DNA of 64,000 nt, from positions 74,918-138,917 of the IMG/VR virus record IMGVR_UViG_3300029922_000017. One strand, 5' to 3'. This DNA comes from a virus. The notes beneath the pieces were generated by a model. The model was not told the DNA's origin. It was given only the letters and a program-made list of their open reading frames with translations, and ran no database searches. Of this stretch, positions 1 through 9,131 are shown piece by piece (positions within the stretch are counted from its first letter, which is position 1; every line of letters begins with the position of its first letter). A program made the translations under genes and the position numbers.

Positions 1-67
1 AAACCCGTAAATGCTCAGTCCATAAGGGCATCGCAATTAAACGTTCGACACTTTCGAATCTTTTCTA

Positions 68-96
68 TTGACTTCTAATTAAATATAGATATACTC
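68..96 (+). promoter_or_regulatory. Early sigma70-like promoter (representative of dozens of copies in the window)
   Basis: TTGACTtctaattaaatatagaTATACT just upstream of ATG 103; near-identical elements precede genes at 1270, 1519, 2288, 2584, 3619, 4379 and many - strand genes. Confidence 0.85.
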
Positions 97-102
97 TTTT
101 AT

Positions 103-462
103 ATGAAACATAAAACGATTGATGAATTTACTGGCCCGCCGGCTGGCACCTTTAAGAAATTCTTAAATATGAAAAAAATTAAAGCATTACAACTCCTGCA
201 AAAGTCATATTCCCAATCCATTGAAGAAAATGGCGATGTTGATAGAATTGAATTTCAAGGTGGCGTTGAAGAGATGTCATTTGATATTAATTCAATTGCC
301 GTTTCTCTTTATACCGACAATGAAACTTGTATTTTTGAATATCATTTCACCAAACAGAATTTGATTGATGCCAAGATTGAAAAGCATAAAATCACTCTTA
401 AAGATGTAGATGATAATGAAGTTGGTATCTTTTGTTATCATTCTGTGCCGTGTGAATTGTAA
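103..462 (+). CDS. hypothetical phage protein
   Basis: 119-aa ORF directly after a consensus promoter. Confidence 0.7.
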   Translation: MKHKTIDEFTGPPAGTFKKFLNMKKIKALQLLQKSYSQSIEENGDVDRIEFQGGVEEMSFDINSIAVSLYTDNETCIFEYHFTKQNLIDAKIEKHKITLKDVDDNEVGIFCYHSVPCEL

Positions 463-506
463 AATTATTTGACATTTACGGGAAACGTGGTAATATTTAT
501 TCTTAT

Positions 507-875
507 ATGGCAAAAAAGAAATCCAACAATAACGAACCGGAGAAAGTTCCTTCACCTAATCAGGTTAATCCGTCACATGAAATGGATGAATTGGCTAAAC
601 AAGGAACTGCTCTATTAACTCCTGCTGATGAAATTCCTATTCCAGTTAAGCCGGTGGTAGTTGATGAGAAAAACATTTATGTTCGTGCTAAAAAAGTTAT
701 GTATGATGCTATGCCGCAATGGCGCAGAATAGAGTTGGATAAGATGTTTGAACGTAAAGACTTTGATAATAGACATTACGCTCAATTCATCAAGGACCTG
801 AATGTAAAGGCTCAATGGATTGAAGCGGATGATGAAGAAAAAGCAAAGAAAGCATTGACTCCAGTTAAGAAATAA
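507..875 (+). CDS. hypothetical phage protein
   Basis: 122-aa ORF after TTGACA...TAATAT promoter. Confidence 0.75.
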   Translation: MAKKKSNNNEPEKVPSPNQVNPSHEMDELAKQGTALLTPADEIPIPVKPVVVDEKNIYVRAKKVMYDAMPQWRRIELDKMFERKDFDNRHYAQFIKDLNVKAQWIEADDEEKAKKALTPVKK

Positions 876-888
876 GTATAATACCAAT

Positions 889-1065
889 ATGAAGAAACCA
901 TACGTTTTGCCAACCATTGCATCGCAAGAAACGGAAATTAAACTCCTCAAAGAATTGCTTTATATTTCGATTGAAGCATTGCGAGAGTGGTCAAATGATG
1001 AAAGTTCTGACCTGAAAGAAGTTGACAGGGCAATCAAGGAAAACGAAATCAATTTTAATAGTTAA
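889..1065 (+). CDS. small hypothetical protein (58 aa, not in ORF track)
   Basis: MKKPYVLPTIASQETEIK...; preceded by TTGACT...TATAAT. Confidence 0.6.
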   Translation: MKKPYVLPTIASQETEIKLLKELLYISIEALREWSNDESSDLKEVDRAIKENEINFNS

Positions 1066-1092
1066 TTTGGGGGTCAGTCTTGGGGTTGGATT

Positions 1093-1130
1093 AACGGTAG
1101 AGTATTAATTTATTCTACCGTTTTTTATTT
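1093..1130 (+). terminator. intrinsic terminator
   Basis: aacggtagagta/tattctaccgtt hairpin followed by a T-run. Confidence 0.75.
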
Positions 1131-1518
1131 CTATCGGTCTTCCTAAGTATCTATAATGAAATACTTACCATCCGTCGGTGAGACTCGGTGAATTTGGTGT
1201 CCTATTTTGATACAATAAATAAATCAAAATTCATTTGACATCTATTAAAAAATAGATATATTGATGTATATGAAAAATACAAATCTTGAAATTGCCGTGT
1301 ATGATTTAGTTGGTGCTATCAAACAAATTTGTTTAGGAAGCATTGAATATGTTGTTATTAACGACTCTGTTATTTCTTTAATTTATAATTGGAATAGCCA
1401 TAATGCCGATATTAAAATTGATGTTGTCAATGAAACGAATAATTGGAATAGGATTAAAGACGAAATTATTAATCAATAAACATTTGACATTTAATATTAA
1501 ATAGATATACTCTTGTAT

Positions 1519-1689
1519 ATGAAAAACAAATTCCCAATTGGTAGTGAAGTAACTGCAACTCCGAAAGACGGAGATTTTGCCAACGAATTCACCGGTATTG
1601 TTGTTAGTCACAATAAAGGATACATTCAAGTCCGTGACCAAGATGATAATGTATTTGATTGTGATGAAATTCAATTGACTTTGGAATAA
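1519..1689 (+). CDS. small hypothetical protein (56 aa, not in ORF track)
   Basis: MKNKFPIGSEVTATPKDGDF...; directly after TTGACA...TATACT. Confidence 0.65.
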   Translation: MKNKFPIGSEVTATPKDGDFANEFTGIVVSHNKGYIQVRDQDDNVFDCDEIQLTLE

Positions 1690-1740
1690 AAATTGATATA
1701 CTCAATTTATAGTTAAAACAAAAAACAAAACAAAACAAAC

Positions 1741-2202
1741 ATGAAAAACAAAAACAAAAAGAACGAAGTTCGTGGCGTCGGTCGTCCCTCCGCTACGATT
1801 AACTACCCCAACCGTAAATTCACCTTTTCCGATTTGAAGGCTGAAAATACTCACGTTACACCGCTCTGCCTCCGCAAGCATCTGGAAAAGGATGCGTTGC
1901 TCGGCAAGAAGTCGCTGATTGTGAAGTTGGACGAAAAGCGTCCCACTGAAAGCGGCAAGGGTCGCAAGCTCGAAGTGTATCAAAAGCGTTCCCGTCAGGG
2001 TATTGGCTCGGTTGCCAAGACGGTTAAGCCGGTGACGAAGACCGTCACTGTGCCGGTGGTGGCGATTGCTACCCCTGCGGCTGATACTATCCCCATCCCT
2101 ACCCCCACGGTGGAGACGGCTACGATTGCAGTTTCGCCCACGTCGCCCGAAATTAAGGCTCTGGCCGATGAATTGATTGGCAAGACTCCGGCAGTTGCCT
2201 AA
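1741..2202 (+). CDS. basic, probably DNA-binding protein with Pro/Thr/Ala-rich tail
   Basis: Lys/Arg-rich, RGVGRP and GKGRK motifs, GC-richer codon usage, own terminator. Confidence 0.7.
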   Translation: MKNKNKKNEVRGVGRPSATINYPNRKFTFSDLKAENTHVTPLCLRKHLEKDALLGKKSLIVKLDEKRPTESGKGRKLEVYQKRSRQGIGSVAKTVKPVTKTVTVPVVAIATPAADTIPIPTPTVETATIAVSPTSPEIKALADELIGKTPAVA

Positions 2203-2218
2203 ACAAGTAAATTACATT

Positions 2219-2254
2219 AAAACGCTACTCTTAAATGGGTAGCGTTTTTTATTT
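2219..2254 (+). terminator. intrinsic terminator
   Basis: aaaacgctactc/gggtagcgtttt hairpin plus T-run. Confidence 0.8.
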
Positions 2255-2287
2255 GACATTTGTATTAATATAGATATACTCTTACCC

Positions 2288-2545
2288 ATGAATATTGACC
2301 TATCTAAAATAACAGATATTGAATTTGACGGGATTGACCATAAAGATTATCCTGAATATTGTAACGCATATATTAATAAAGCGTCAATTGAGATTACCCT
2401 ACAAGAATATAATCTCTGTCAGGGTAGCAATCAAGTTTCCTATGATGGAAGATATTACAGAAACTTGACTGATACCGAATTGGAATATATTCAGGATAAT
2501 CATGGAGATTGGGTTTATGAAAAACTTTGGAATTTTATTCATTAA
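2288..2545 (+). CDS. hypothetical phage protein
   Basis: 85-aa ORF with consensus promoter. Confidence 0.75.
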   Translation: MNIDLSKITDIEFDGIDHKDYPEYCNAYINKASIEITLQEYNLCQGSNQVSYDGRYYRNLTDTELEYIQDNHGDWVYEKLWNFIH

Positions 2546-2583
2546 CATTTGACATTAGAATAAAAATAGATATACTCTCTTAT

Positions 2584-3384
2584 ATGAAACTATTAAATGT
2601 TGGCACCGACTCTAAAACAATCAAAGGTGAAGTGTTTGGTTATTACACTGCTATCTTATATCTTGCACCGGCCAATGAAAGCGGTGAAATTAATACTTGC
2701 CCCAATGCTTCAAATGGTTGTAAATCCGCTTGTCTCTACAATTCAGGATTGGCTGGGGTATTTCCTACCATTAAAGAAGCAAGAATTAATAAAACTAAAT
2801 TCTTTGTTGAAAATCGCCAAGGATTTATGGAAACTTTGATCGGTGATATTAATAAATTAATTGCTATGTCAAAGCGTGACCAGATGACTGGTGTTGTGAG
2901 ACTTAATGGCACGTCGGACCTTGCTTGGGAAAGTATTAAGATTAATGGTAAAAATATCATGGAGCATTTTCCTGATATTACCTTCTATGATTATACAAAG
3001 TCTATTTCTCGTATGATGCGTTTTCTTAAAGGTCAATTTCCTAAAAATTATTATTTGACTTTTAGCCGGAGTGAAGATAATTATGAAAGTTGCCGGAAAG
3101 TTTTGCGGAATGGTGGCAACGTCGCCGCTGTATTTCTCAAAAATCTGCCGGAAAAATTCATGGGTAAAACGGTTATTGTTGGTGATGATAGCGATTTGCG
3201 CTTTAATGATTTGAAGAATGTTATTGTCGGCTTAACGGAAAAGGGAAGTAAAGCCAAAAAAGATAAATCGGGATTTGTTATTAAGGTGGCATTGAATAAA
3301 TTGAAAGTTGCTGGTTTTGTGGATTATTCTACGCCCCTGAAATTCAGCATGAAAAAGAACGGAATTCAATTGACAGTTGCCTAA
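2584..3384 (+). CDS. Gp88-like phage protein (Cys cluster, Fe-S/radical-SAM-like)
   Basis: TCPNASNGCKSACL, VRLNGTSD, FYDYTK, GDDSDLRF motifs; start moved to ATG 2584 after the promoter. Confidence 0.65.
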   Translation: MKLLNVGTDSKTIKGEVFGYYTAILYLAPANESGEINTCPNASNGCKSACLYNSGLAGVFPTIKEARINKTKFFVENRQGFMETLIGDINKLIAMSKRDQMTGVVRLNGTSDLAWESIKINGKNIMEHFPDITFYDYTKSISRMMRFLKGQFPKNYYLTFSRSEDNYESCRKVLRNGGNVAAVFLKNLPEKFMGKTVIVGDDSDLRFNDLKNVIVGLTEKGSKAKKDKSGFVIKVALNKLKVAGFVDYSTPLKFSMKKNGIQLTVA

Positions 3385-3403
3385 CAATCAATATACTAAT
3401 TTT

Positions 3404-3595
3404 ATGATTAAAACCAACGAAAAATATTACCGGTATCTTTACAAGCTACAAAATAGCGGTGAAACCAATATGTTTGGAGCCGGACAATTTCTCCGTGATA
3501 CATTTGGAATTGACCGTAAAGAGGCAACAGAAATATTGACTTACTGGATGCAAAATTACGAAGAAATTGCCAAAGAATTACACATTGACATTTAA
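3404..3595 (+). CDS. hypothetical phage protein
   Basis: LQNSGETNMFGA..FL motif common in phage early genes; start moved to ATG 3404. Confidence 0.65.
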   Translation: MIKTNEKYYRYLYKLQNSGETNMFGAGQFLRDTFGIDRKEATEILTYWMQNYEEIAKELHIDI

Positions 3596-3618
3596 CAAAC
3601 TATCAATATATTAATCAT

Positions 3619-3804
3619 ATGAAAATTAAATTGCCGGAAGGCCATGAATGGCGGGAAGCACAATCGGCAAGTTCAAATGAAACCTTATTCATTTGTAAAG
3701 TGTGCCAAGCATCATTTACCCATGATATGATTGATAACTCAACTCAATTTGAAGATGGTATTAATGATGACTGCGGTGAAAATGAAGAGCAAGAGTGCGT
3801 ATGA
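3619..3804 (+). CDS. small zinc-finger-like hypothetical protein
   Basis: HEW...CKVC motif, own promoter. Confidence 0.55.
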   Translation: MKIKLPEGHEWREAQSASSNETLFICKVCQASFTHDMIDNSTQFEDGINDDCGENEEQECV

Positions 3805-4378
3805 AATATAAATCTCTTAAATCATTTACTCTAGCGGTGAACAAGATGGCTCGTCAAGATTGGAGAGTTCATCACGATTTTCCGGAAAGAATGATGGAAT
3901 ATTATTGGGAACAGAATTATACTCCTCGTCAAGTATTAACTCAATTGGCTACGGATGCCGAAATGGAAAATGCAGCAGAAGCGAGAATGTCTTAATTTAT
4001 GTATAACTACACACTTGAAAATGGGAAGTTTCCAGACTTGACCGAAAAACAATTTTTATACTTGTTTAATATTGGCGGATTGATATACTCGGTTGGCTAT
4101 GGACATTGTAAATTTGCCGATGGAGTTTGCTATACTGATATTGAGCTGGCACTGAAAGGAATTCCCAATGACTAAAAATTATATTATTGTCGGTGAAATG
4201 ACTGGTCATGAAACTGCCCTATACTGGGGTAACAATTGGGAATGGATTGAAGATTTTAGTAAAGCTCAGAAATGGACAGATGAAGTTCTCCGTTTGGAAT
4301 TGCCAATTGGTGCTACTGGCTGCATGGAATTAACTGAATTCGATTGACAAACAATAAAAAATAAATATACTCTTAAAT

Positions 4379-4771
4379 ATGAACAATAATTACGACAATA
4401 TCTATATCGAAGTTAGCAACAATACAGAATGTTTGGCGGCGATGCTCTTGCTATCAAAACTTTCAGGTAAAGAAATTAATGAGACCTCACTTGACGCTGC
4501 GATTAATAATTGGTCATTCTATAATTTTGTAACCATTACTGGTGGAAATGTGGTTAGGAAAGTAGATTCTTATTCTGCCAAGAAGATTGTTTCTTTCAAA
4601 GAAATTGGAAATCTTGATGTGCTCATAAACGCAAAGGTAGAAGTTAAATTAAATTCTACTTATACCGCTATCGTAACCAACGATACTGTTGAAGTTGGTT
4701 GTCAGAAGTTTCCTATCTCCATCATTGACGAATTGGTGAAAGCCCGTAAAACGGTGCTTGACAACAAGTAA
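4379..4771 (+). CDS. VGCQ-domain paralog 1 (hypothetical)
   Basis: C-terminal VKLNSTYTAIV...VEVGCQKFP shared with 5123 and 10099 ORFs. Confidence 0.8.
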   Translation: MNNNYDNIYIEVSNNTECLAAMLLLSKLSGKEINETSLDAAINNWSFYNFVTITGGNVVRKVDSYSAKKIVSFKEIGNLDVLINAKVEVKLNSTYTAIVTNDTVEVGCQKFPISIIDELVKARKTVLDNK

Positions 4772-4816
4772 AATTTAAGTATAATTCAAACATAACAAAA
4801 AACAAAAAACAAAAAT

Positions 4817-5116
4817 ATGGAAAACATTATCTATCAACGCACTCGTGACCGTAAGAATAACCCAAATGGGGTTGTGATTGCTATGAAACTTAAAAATGGC
4901 AAGGGAGTTAAATTTGGATGGAGTAAGGCCAATTTTAAGGCTGGCGACAAGTTTAACCTTCAAGAAGGTTTGCGACTGGCTACTCAACGTGCCATTAAGG
5001 GTAGCACCAAGGAAATTCCACACTCTATTCAGAATGATTATACCGATATGGTAAATAGGTCCGTAAGATACTTTTTTAAGGGGACATCGGTGAAAGTTGT
5101 TCCTGTCAAATCTTAA
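4817..5116 (+). CDS. hypothetical phage protein
   Basis: FGWSKAN...DKFN..EGLRLA motif; A-rich leader. Confidence 0.75.
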   Translation: MENIIYQRTRDRKNNPNGVVIAMKLKNGKGVKFGWSKANFKAGDKFNLQEGLRLATQRAIKGSTKEIPHSIQNDYTDMVNRSVRYFFKGTSVKVVPVKS

Positions 5117-5122
5117 ATTAAT

Positions 5123-5482
5123 ATGAACTCAAATAAATATGACATGGTCATCGGAACGTCAAATGTTGCCGAAAAATTGGCACTTGGAGCCTTGCTCAAG
5201 TCGCTCGGTGAACCTACCCATTCAAAGTCGTTTGACCCCGCTACTACCGATGCTAGATATCTCAGTGTAAAGTTTATCACTGGAGAATGGGTGGGAAGTA
5301 GTTCGCAGTCTACCATTACATTTTCCGACTTCATTAAAGCCGAATTTAGAAGTAAAAAAACAACTGTAAAGTTGAATTCGGAATATTCTGCGGAATATAT
5401 TGATGGTAGTGATTTTGTGACGGTTGGATGTCAGAAGTTTCCGGTGTCGGTGATTAAAGAACTGGCCTCAAAACTTTCTTGA
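5123..5482 (+). CDS. VGCQ-domain paralog 2 (hypothetical)
   Basis: C-terminal VKLNSEYSAEY...VTVGCQKFP. Confidence 0.8.
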   Translation: MNSNKYDMVIGTSNVAEKLALGALLKSLGEPTHSKSFDPATTDARYLSVKFITGEWVGSSSQSTITFSDFIKAEFRSKKTTVKLNSEYSAEYIDGSDFVTVGCQKFPVSVIKELASKLS

Positions 5483-5524
5483 AAAAGTATTTGACAATTA
5501 TTGGAAATCTGATATATTGTCTCT

Positions 5525-5920
5525 GTTGGTCGGTGAAAAGGCAAAAGTAGTTAAACAGGATAAGTAAGATTGCAAGCCCTTCAATCTTTACCAATAATTA
5601 AAATTTGTGTAACAAAAACGGCGTGACTGTCGCTTACAAAAAACAAATATATCCACTAGTCAGGATATACAACGGGACATTTGATATTAGTCTCGTCGGA
5701 ACGGAAGTAATTAGCCTAATCCGAATTATAAAAGAACGGTTTTTATGAGCAAGTTTTTTCCATAGGAAATAAAACTGCTTTTTAAAGAAAAGTAGTGTAG
5801 TTTATGATAGAAAAACTCCTATGGAGTTCTACATTATAATAGGTTTACTATTTCCTACTGAAAATAAAAAAGCGGTGTTTTACGGTATTTTTTGTCCGAG
5901 TAATTCAAAAATACCATTAA
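5525..5920 (+). ncRNA. candidate structured non-coding leader or RNA array upstream of tRNA
   Basis: Promoter at 5491-5518, no long ORF, successive hairpins (e.g. tatatcc/ggatata, cgggac/gtctcg, ggtattttt/aaaaatacc). Confidence 0.4.
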
Positions 5921-5923
5921 TTT

Positions 5924-5997
5924 TGCAGATTGTTGTAATCCGGTAACATATGAGGCTCATAACTTCATGTTCACGTTCAAATCGTGGTCTGCTACCA
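5924..5997 (+). tRNA. tRNA with CAT anticodon (Met/fMet or Ile2), slightly non-canonical
   Basis: Acceptor gcagat/gtctgc with 1:72 mismatch, anticodon arm tgagg-ctCATaa-cttca, T arm cacg-ttcaaat-cgtg, encoded CCA. Confidence 0.85.
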
Positions 5998-6532
5998 TTT
6001 TTCCAAATTGTTCCTCTACAAATTTTGGGTTGTATTTCCCCATATCTTTAATGATATATGGAGTATATCCCATTTTCTTAATTTCTTCAATTTTAATATT
6101 ATCTCTATTTTGAACTTGTTTAACCGAATGTTTTTTTGTTATTTTTTCATAGTGCCATTTACCATTCCACAATATTGCCAATTTATAATCAGGAAGTATA
6201 ACATCAGCATCCCAATCGTTAAACATTGGTTCGTTGGTCAATACAGTCTTAAATTGTTTCTTACATAATTCGGAAAAATAAATTTCATTTTTACTTCGCC
6301 TACTTTCAACTTGAACTTTAATCGAGTTCCTACCCATACGGGTATAGTGACCATTAGATTTCATACTATCAACTATACATTTTCGACAAGTTTGCTTCAA
6401 TCTAATAGAACGTCGGAGTTTTGCCCATTTTTTATATTCCATAACACTATTACAAATAGGGCAGTTTTTTCTAAATGGTGGAAAGTGTTTGGTTAATGTT
6501 GCTCGAATTTTTTCTTTAGTTGTATCAGTCAT
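5957..6532 (-). CDS. free-standing PD-(D/E)XK (DUF559/Vsr-like) homing endonuclease with N-terminal zinc ribbon
   Basis: CPIC...CRKC; SKNE...DADVILPDYKLAILWNGKWH...QNRDNIK. Confidence 0.75.
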   Translation of the reverse strand: MTDTTKEKIRATLTKHFPPFRKNCPICNSVMEYKKWAKLRRSIRLKQTCRKCIVDSMKSNGHYTRMGRNSIKVQVESRRSKNEIYFSELCKKQFKTVLTNEPMFNDWDADVILPDYKLAILWNGKWHYEKITKKHSVKQVQNRDNIKIEEIKKMGYTPYIIKDMGKYNPKFVEEQFGKMVADHDLNVNMKL

Positions 6533-6624
6533 ACATATAAATATATAACCACCGACCTTTACGTTGAAAAATCTTTAAATATTATTTGACAAATAAAAAA
6601 TTTCTGATAGTATGTTGGTGTTAT

Positions 6625-6695
6625 TAGGTGTTCATCTAGTGGAAGGATACCGTGCCATCCAGCCGGTTACGGGAGTTCGATTCTCTCATGCTTAA
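6625..6695 (+). pseudogene. degenerate tRNA (Glu/Asp/Gly-like scaffold)
   Basis: D arm atct-agtggaa-ggat and T arm gggag-ttcgatt-ctctc present; anticodon arm distorted; no CCA; promoter at 6586-6613. Confidence 0.55.
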
Positions 6696-6955
6696 TGACA
6701 TATTAATTTTGGTTTCTCGTAAGAGATTATCCAAATCTATGAATGAAGTCCCATTGAGGTGTATCGCAATGGAATAAATTGAAGGATAAATCAGATATTA
6801 ACTAGGCTCCTTCACTAGCTGAAATAGATTAAAAACAGTCTATTAATACCTTGTATAAGGAATTATATTAATGGACACCATTTAAGCCGGTAATTAATTT
6901 TGATTGATATTTCATACTATCAATAAGATTTAGTTACTGGCTTTTTAATTTTACT

Positions 6956-7399
6956 ATGAATTCTGATATTATAATCTATTCGGATGGTTCTTGTTCACCC
7001 AACCCTGGTATTGGAGCATGGTGTTGTATTATTAAATTTAATGGTAATGAATTAATACAGACTGGAACCGAATTAAAATCTACTAATAATCGAATGGAAA
7101 TAATGGGTATCTATCAATGTTTAAAACAAATTGTGAAGTATGGATATAAGAATATTAAAATAGTAAGTGATAGTAAATATCTTGGATATGGATTACGATT
7201 TAACAGTATCCGATTAAATAAAGCAAAAACTCCTAATTTAGATATATGGGTTCCCCTTCATAAAATAAAGAAAGATAATAATCTAAAAATTAGATGTGAA
7301 TGGATTAAAGGTCATATGGGACATATTGAGAATGAAAGATGTGATAAAATAGCTACTCAAGTAAGAAATGAATTTAAGCGGCAACAGTCTTTATTATAG
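6956..7399 (+). CDS. rnhA: ribonuclease HI
   Basis: YSDGSCSPNPG, STNNRME, VSDS, WIKGH.G..ENERCD motifs. Confidence 0.95.
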   Translation: MNSDIIIYSDGSCSPNPGIGAWCCIIKFNGNELIQTGTELKSTNNRMEIMGIYQCLKQIVKYGYKNIKIVSDSKYLGYGLRFNSIRLNKAKTPNLDIWVPLHKIKKDNNLKIRCEWIKGHMGHIENERCDKIATQVRNEFKRQQSLL

Positions 7400-7404
7400 T
7401 AATA

Positions 7405-7917
7405 ATCTTTCCAAAACCTCCCCACCCTCCATAACATTATGGAAGTTGGAGGAGGCACACCGTAAGACTTAGTTTATCCTTGACTCTTACCATTATTAAA
7501 ATAATGTCCCTCGCAAGGTATAGTTTTATTTCAAGTCGAACTTTACTAGCCAAGCTATCGCTGTCTTTGTGTTTGTGATGATATAATTATCCACTACTAG
7601 CAACTGGCTTCTCAGCTTCTTAACGACATTCGATTAATAACACTCAAGCTTCATTTAAATTCAGTCCACTTGATAGTATCTGTCGTATCTAAACAACATA
7701 TTATAATCGAGAGTTTATTGTTATAGGATTGCCCTCTGTCCTACTAGTTCATTCCAACTATTAAGTATTTAATTGAGTAATTGTAAAGTTATAATTAGTT
7801 AAGTATAAAAATAAAAAATTGCGTATTTTTGTTGATTAATTGCTTAAAAGAATCGAATGATAGAAGACCAAAAATACGCAAATTCAAATTAAATCATTCA
7901 ACAATTCTTTTAAGCAA
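7405..7917 (-). ncRNA. candidate large multi-pseudoknot ncRNA
   Basis: ~510 nt without a long ORF, many complementary segments, strong 3' hairpin, TATGTATA late-like element at 7919-7926; strand inferred. Confidence 0.5.
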
Positions 7918-7975
7918 ATATACATATATGTTAGAAATTCTAAAATACAAAAAATCTTAAATTATTTTTGACTTA

Positions 7976-8356
7976 TTATAGTTTAACCATTCCAGTTGAA
8001 GTAGAATAATAGACATCAGTAATACCAAACCGTTTAATTATGGATTGGCAACCTCCACATGGTTTACTCATGGCAATCTGTCCTTCATTATTGTGCCGGA
8101 TAACAATCATAGAATATTTTGATAAATCATCCTGTTGCATTTTCAAACAACTGTCCAATTCTGCGTGAATTCCAACCGTCTCAGTATGGTAAGGATGATA
8201 TTTATTGAAGGGATGAGTGCGATTTTTATTAAATCCAATCTTTACTATTTTACCCTTAAACACAATAAAAGCTACATGACAACTCCGCATTGATTGAACC
8301 GTAGGATGGAGAGCTTTAGCAATATCAATGGCTCGGTTTAATGTTCTCAAATTCAT
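7976..8356 (-). CDS. cytidine/dCMP deaminase-family zinc protein
   Basis: HAE...KPCGGC motifs. Confidence 0.85.
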   Translation of the reverse strand: MNLRTLNRAIDIAKALHPTVQSMRSCHVAFIVFKGKIVKIGFNKNRTHPFNKYHPYHTETVGIHAELDSCLKMQQDDLSKYSMIVIRHNNEGQIAMSKPCGGCQSIIKRFGITDVYYSTSTGMVKL

Positions 8357-8386
8357 ATAAAAAGTATATGAATATAATACTAAATG

Positions 8387-8905
8387 TCAATTATTATAAT
8401 TGGGAATCGTATGGGAAGCAATTGGCTTGAATAAGGAAGTAGAAAAGAATGCAACTAATTTTACTTGTGAATGTGCGGCATCTTTACGGAACTTCATTTC
8501 CCAACCAGTTCCTTGTTGGTCATTGGGATTAGCATCAGCTAAAGCCAATAGTTCTTTAGCCTTAGTCTTAATTTCCGCAGCATTGAATATATTTAGCTTA
8601 CCATGTCTATCAACGACAATATATAATTGAGCCTTGGATTGTAAGTCTCTACCTTCAATATCTCTATCCCAATCCTTGATTATCTCATAGATTATGTCAG
8701 ACCCCGATTCCCGTTGTTTCAATTGAAAGGATAACTTACCACCGGCTTTAGGAAGAATGAAGCCATCAATTTTATCCTTCATGTCATTTTGAGTAGTGGG
8801 TTCTTGTATATTATACCCTTTACTCCGAAGAAAATCAATAATTTCTAATTCTCGACTCTTACCAAGAGTAACTCTAGTATTATAATCAGTTACAGTGTTT
8901 AACAT
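8387..8905 (-). CDS. PD-(D/E)XK-like nuclease
   Basis: GKSRE...KIDGFI...FQLK pattern; TATTTATA 3 nt before ATG. Confidence 0.55.
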   Translation of the reverse strand: MLNTVTDYNTRVTLGKSRELEIIDFLRSKGYNIQEPTTQNDMKDKIDGFILPKAGGKLSFQLKQRESGSDIIYEIIKDWDRDIEGRDLQSKAQLYIVVDRHGKLNIFNAAEIKTKAKELLALADANPNDQQGTGWEMKFRKDAAHSQVKLVAFFSTSLFKPIASHTIPNYNN

Positions 8906-9131
8906 AGATATAAATATACCTATTAATTATTAAATGTCAATGTTTATGATGCTTGCCGCAACCACAATTGTCATTGTGCATATCTTTATTGGGAGATTTC
9001 TTCATATTATGAAGATATAAGTCTAATACTACCCCAATACCAATTACCAACACAACAACAATATCAAGAATAATATCTTTCATAATAACAATATAAGATT
9101 TAGAGATGGATATAACTCAAAAGGATGGAAA

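Noticed and set aside
5525-5920. tmRNA
   Set aside because: No tRNA-Ala-like acceptor or T-arm ends and no tag reading frame recognised.
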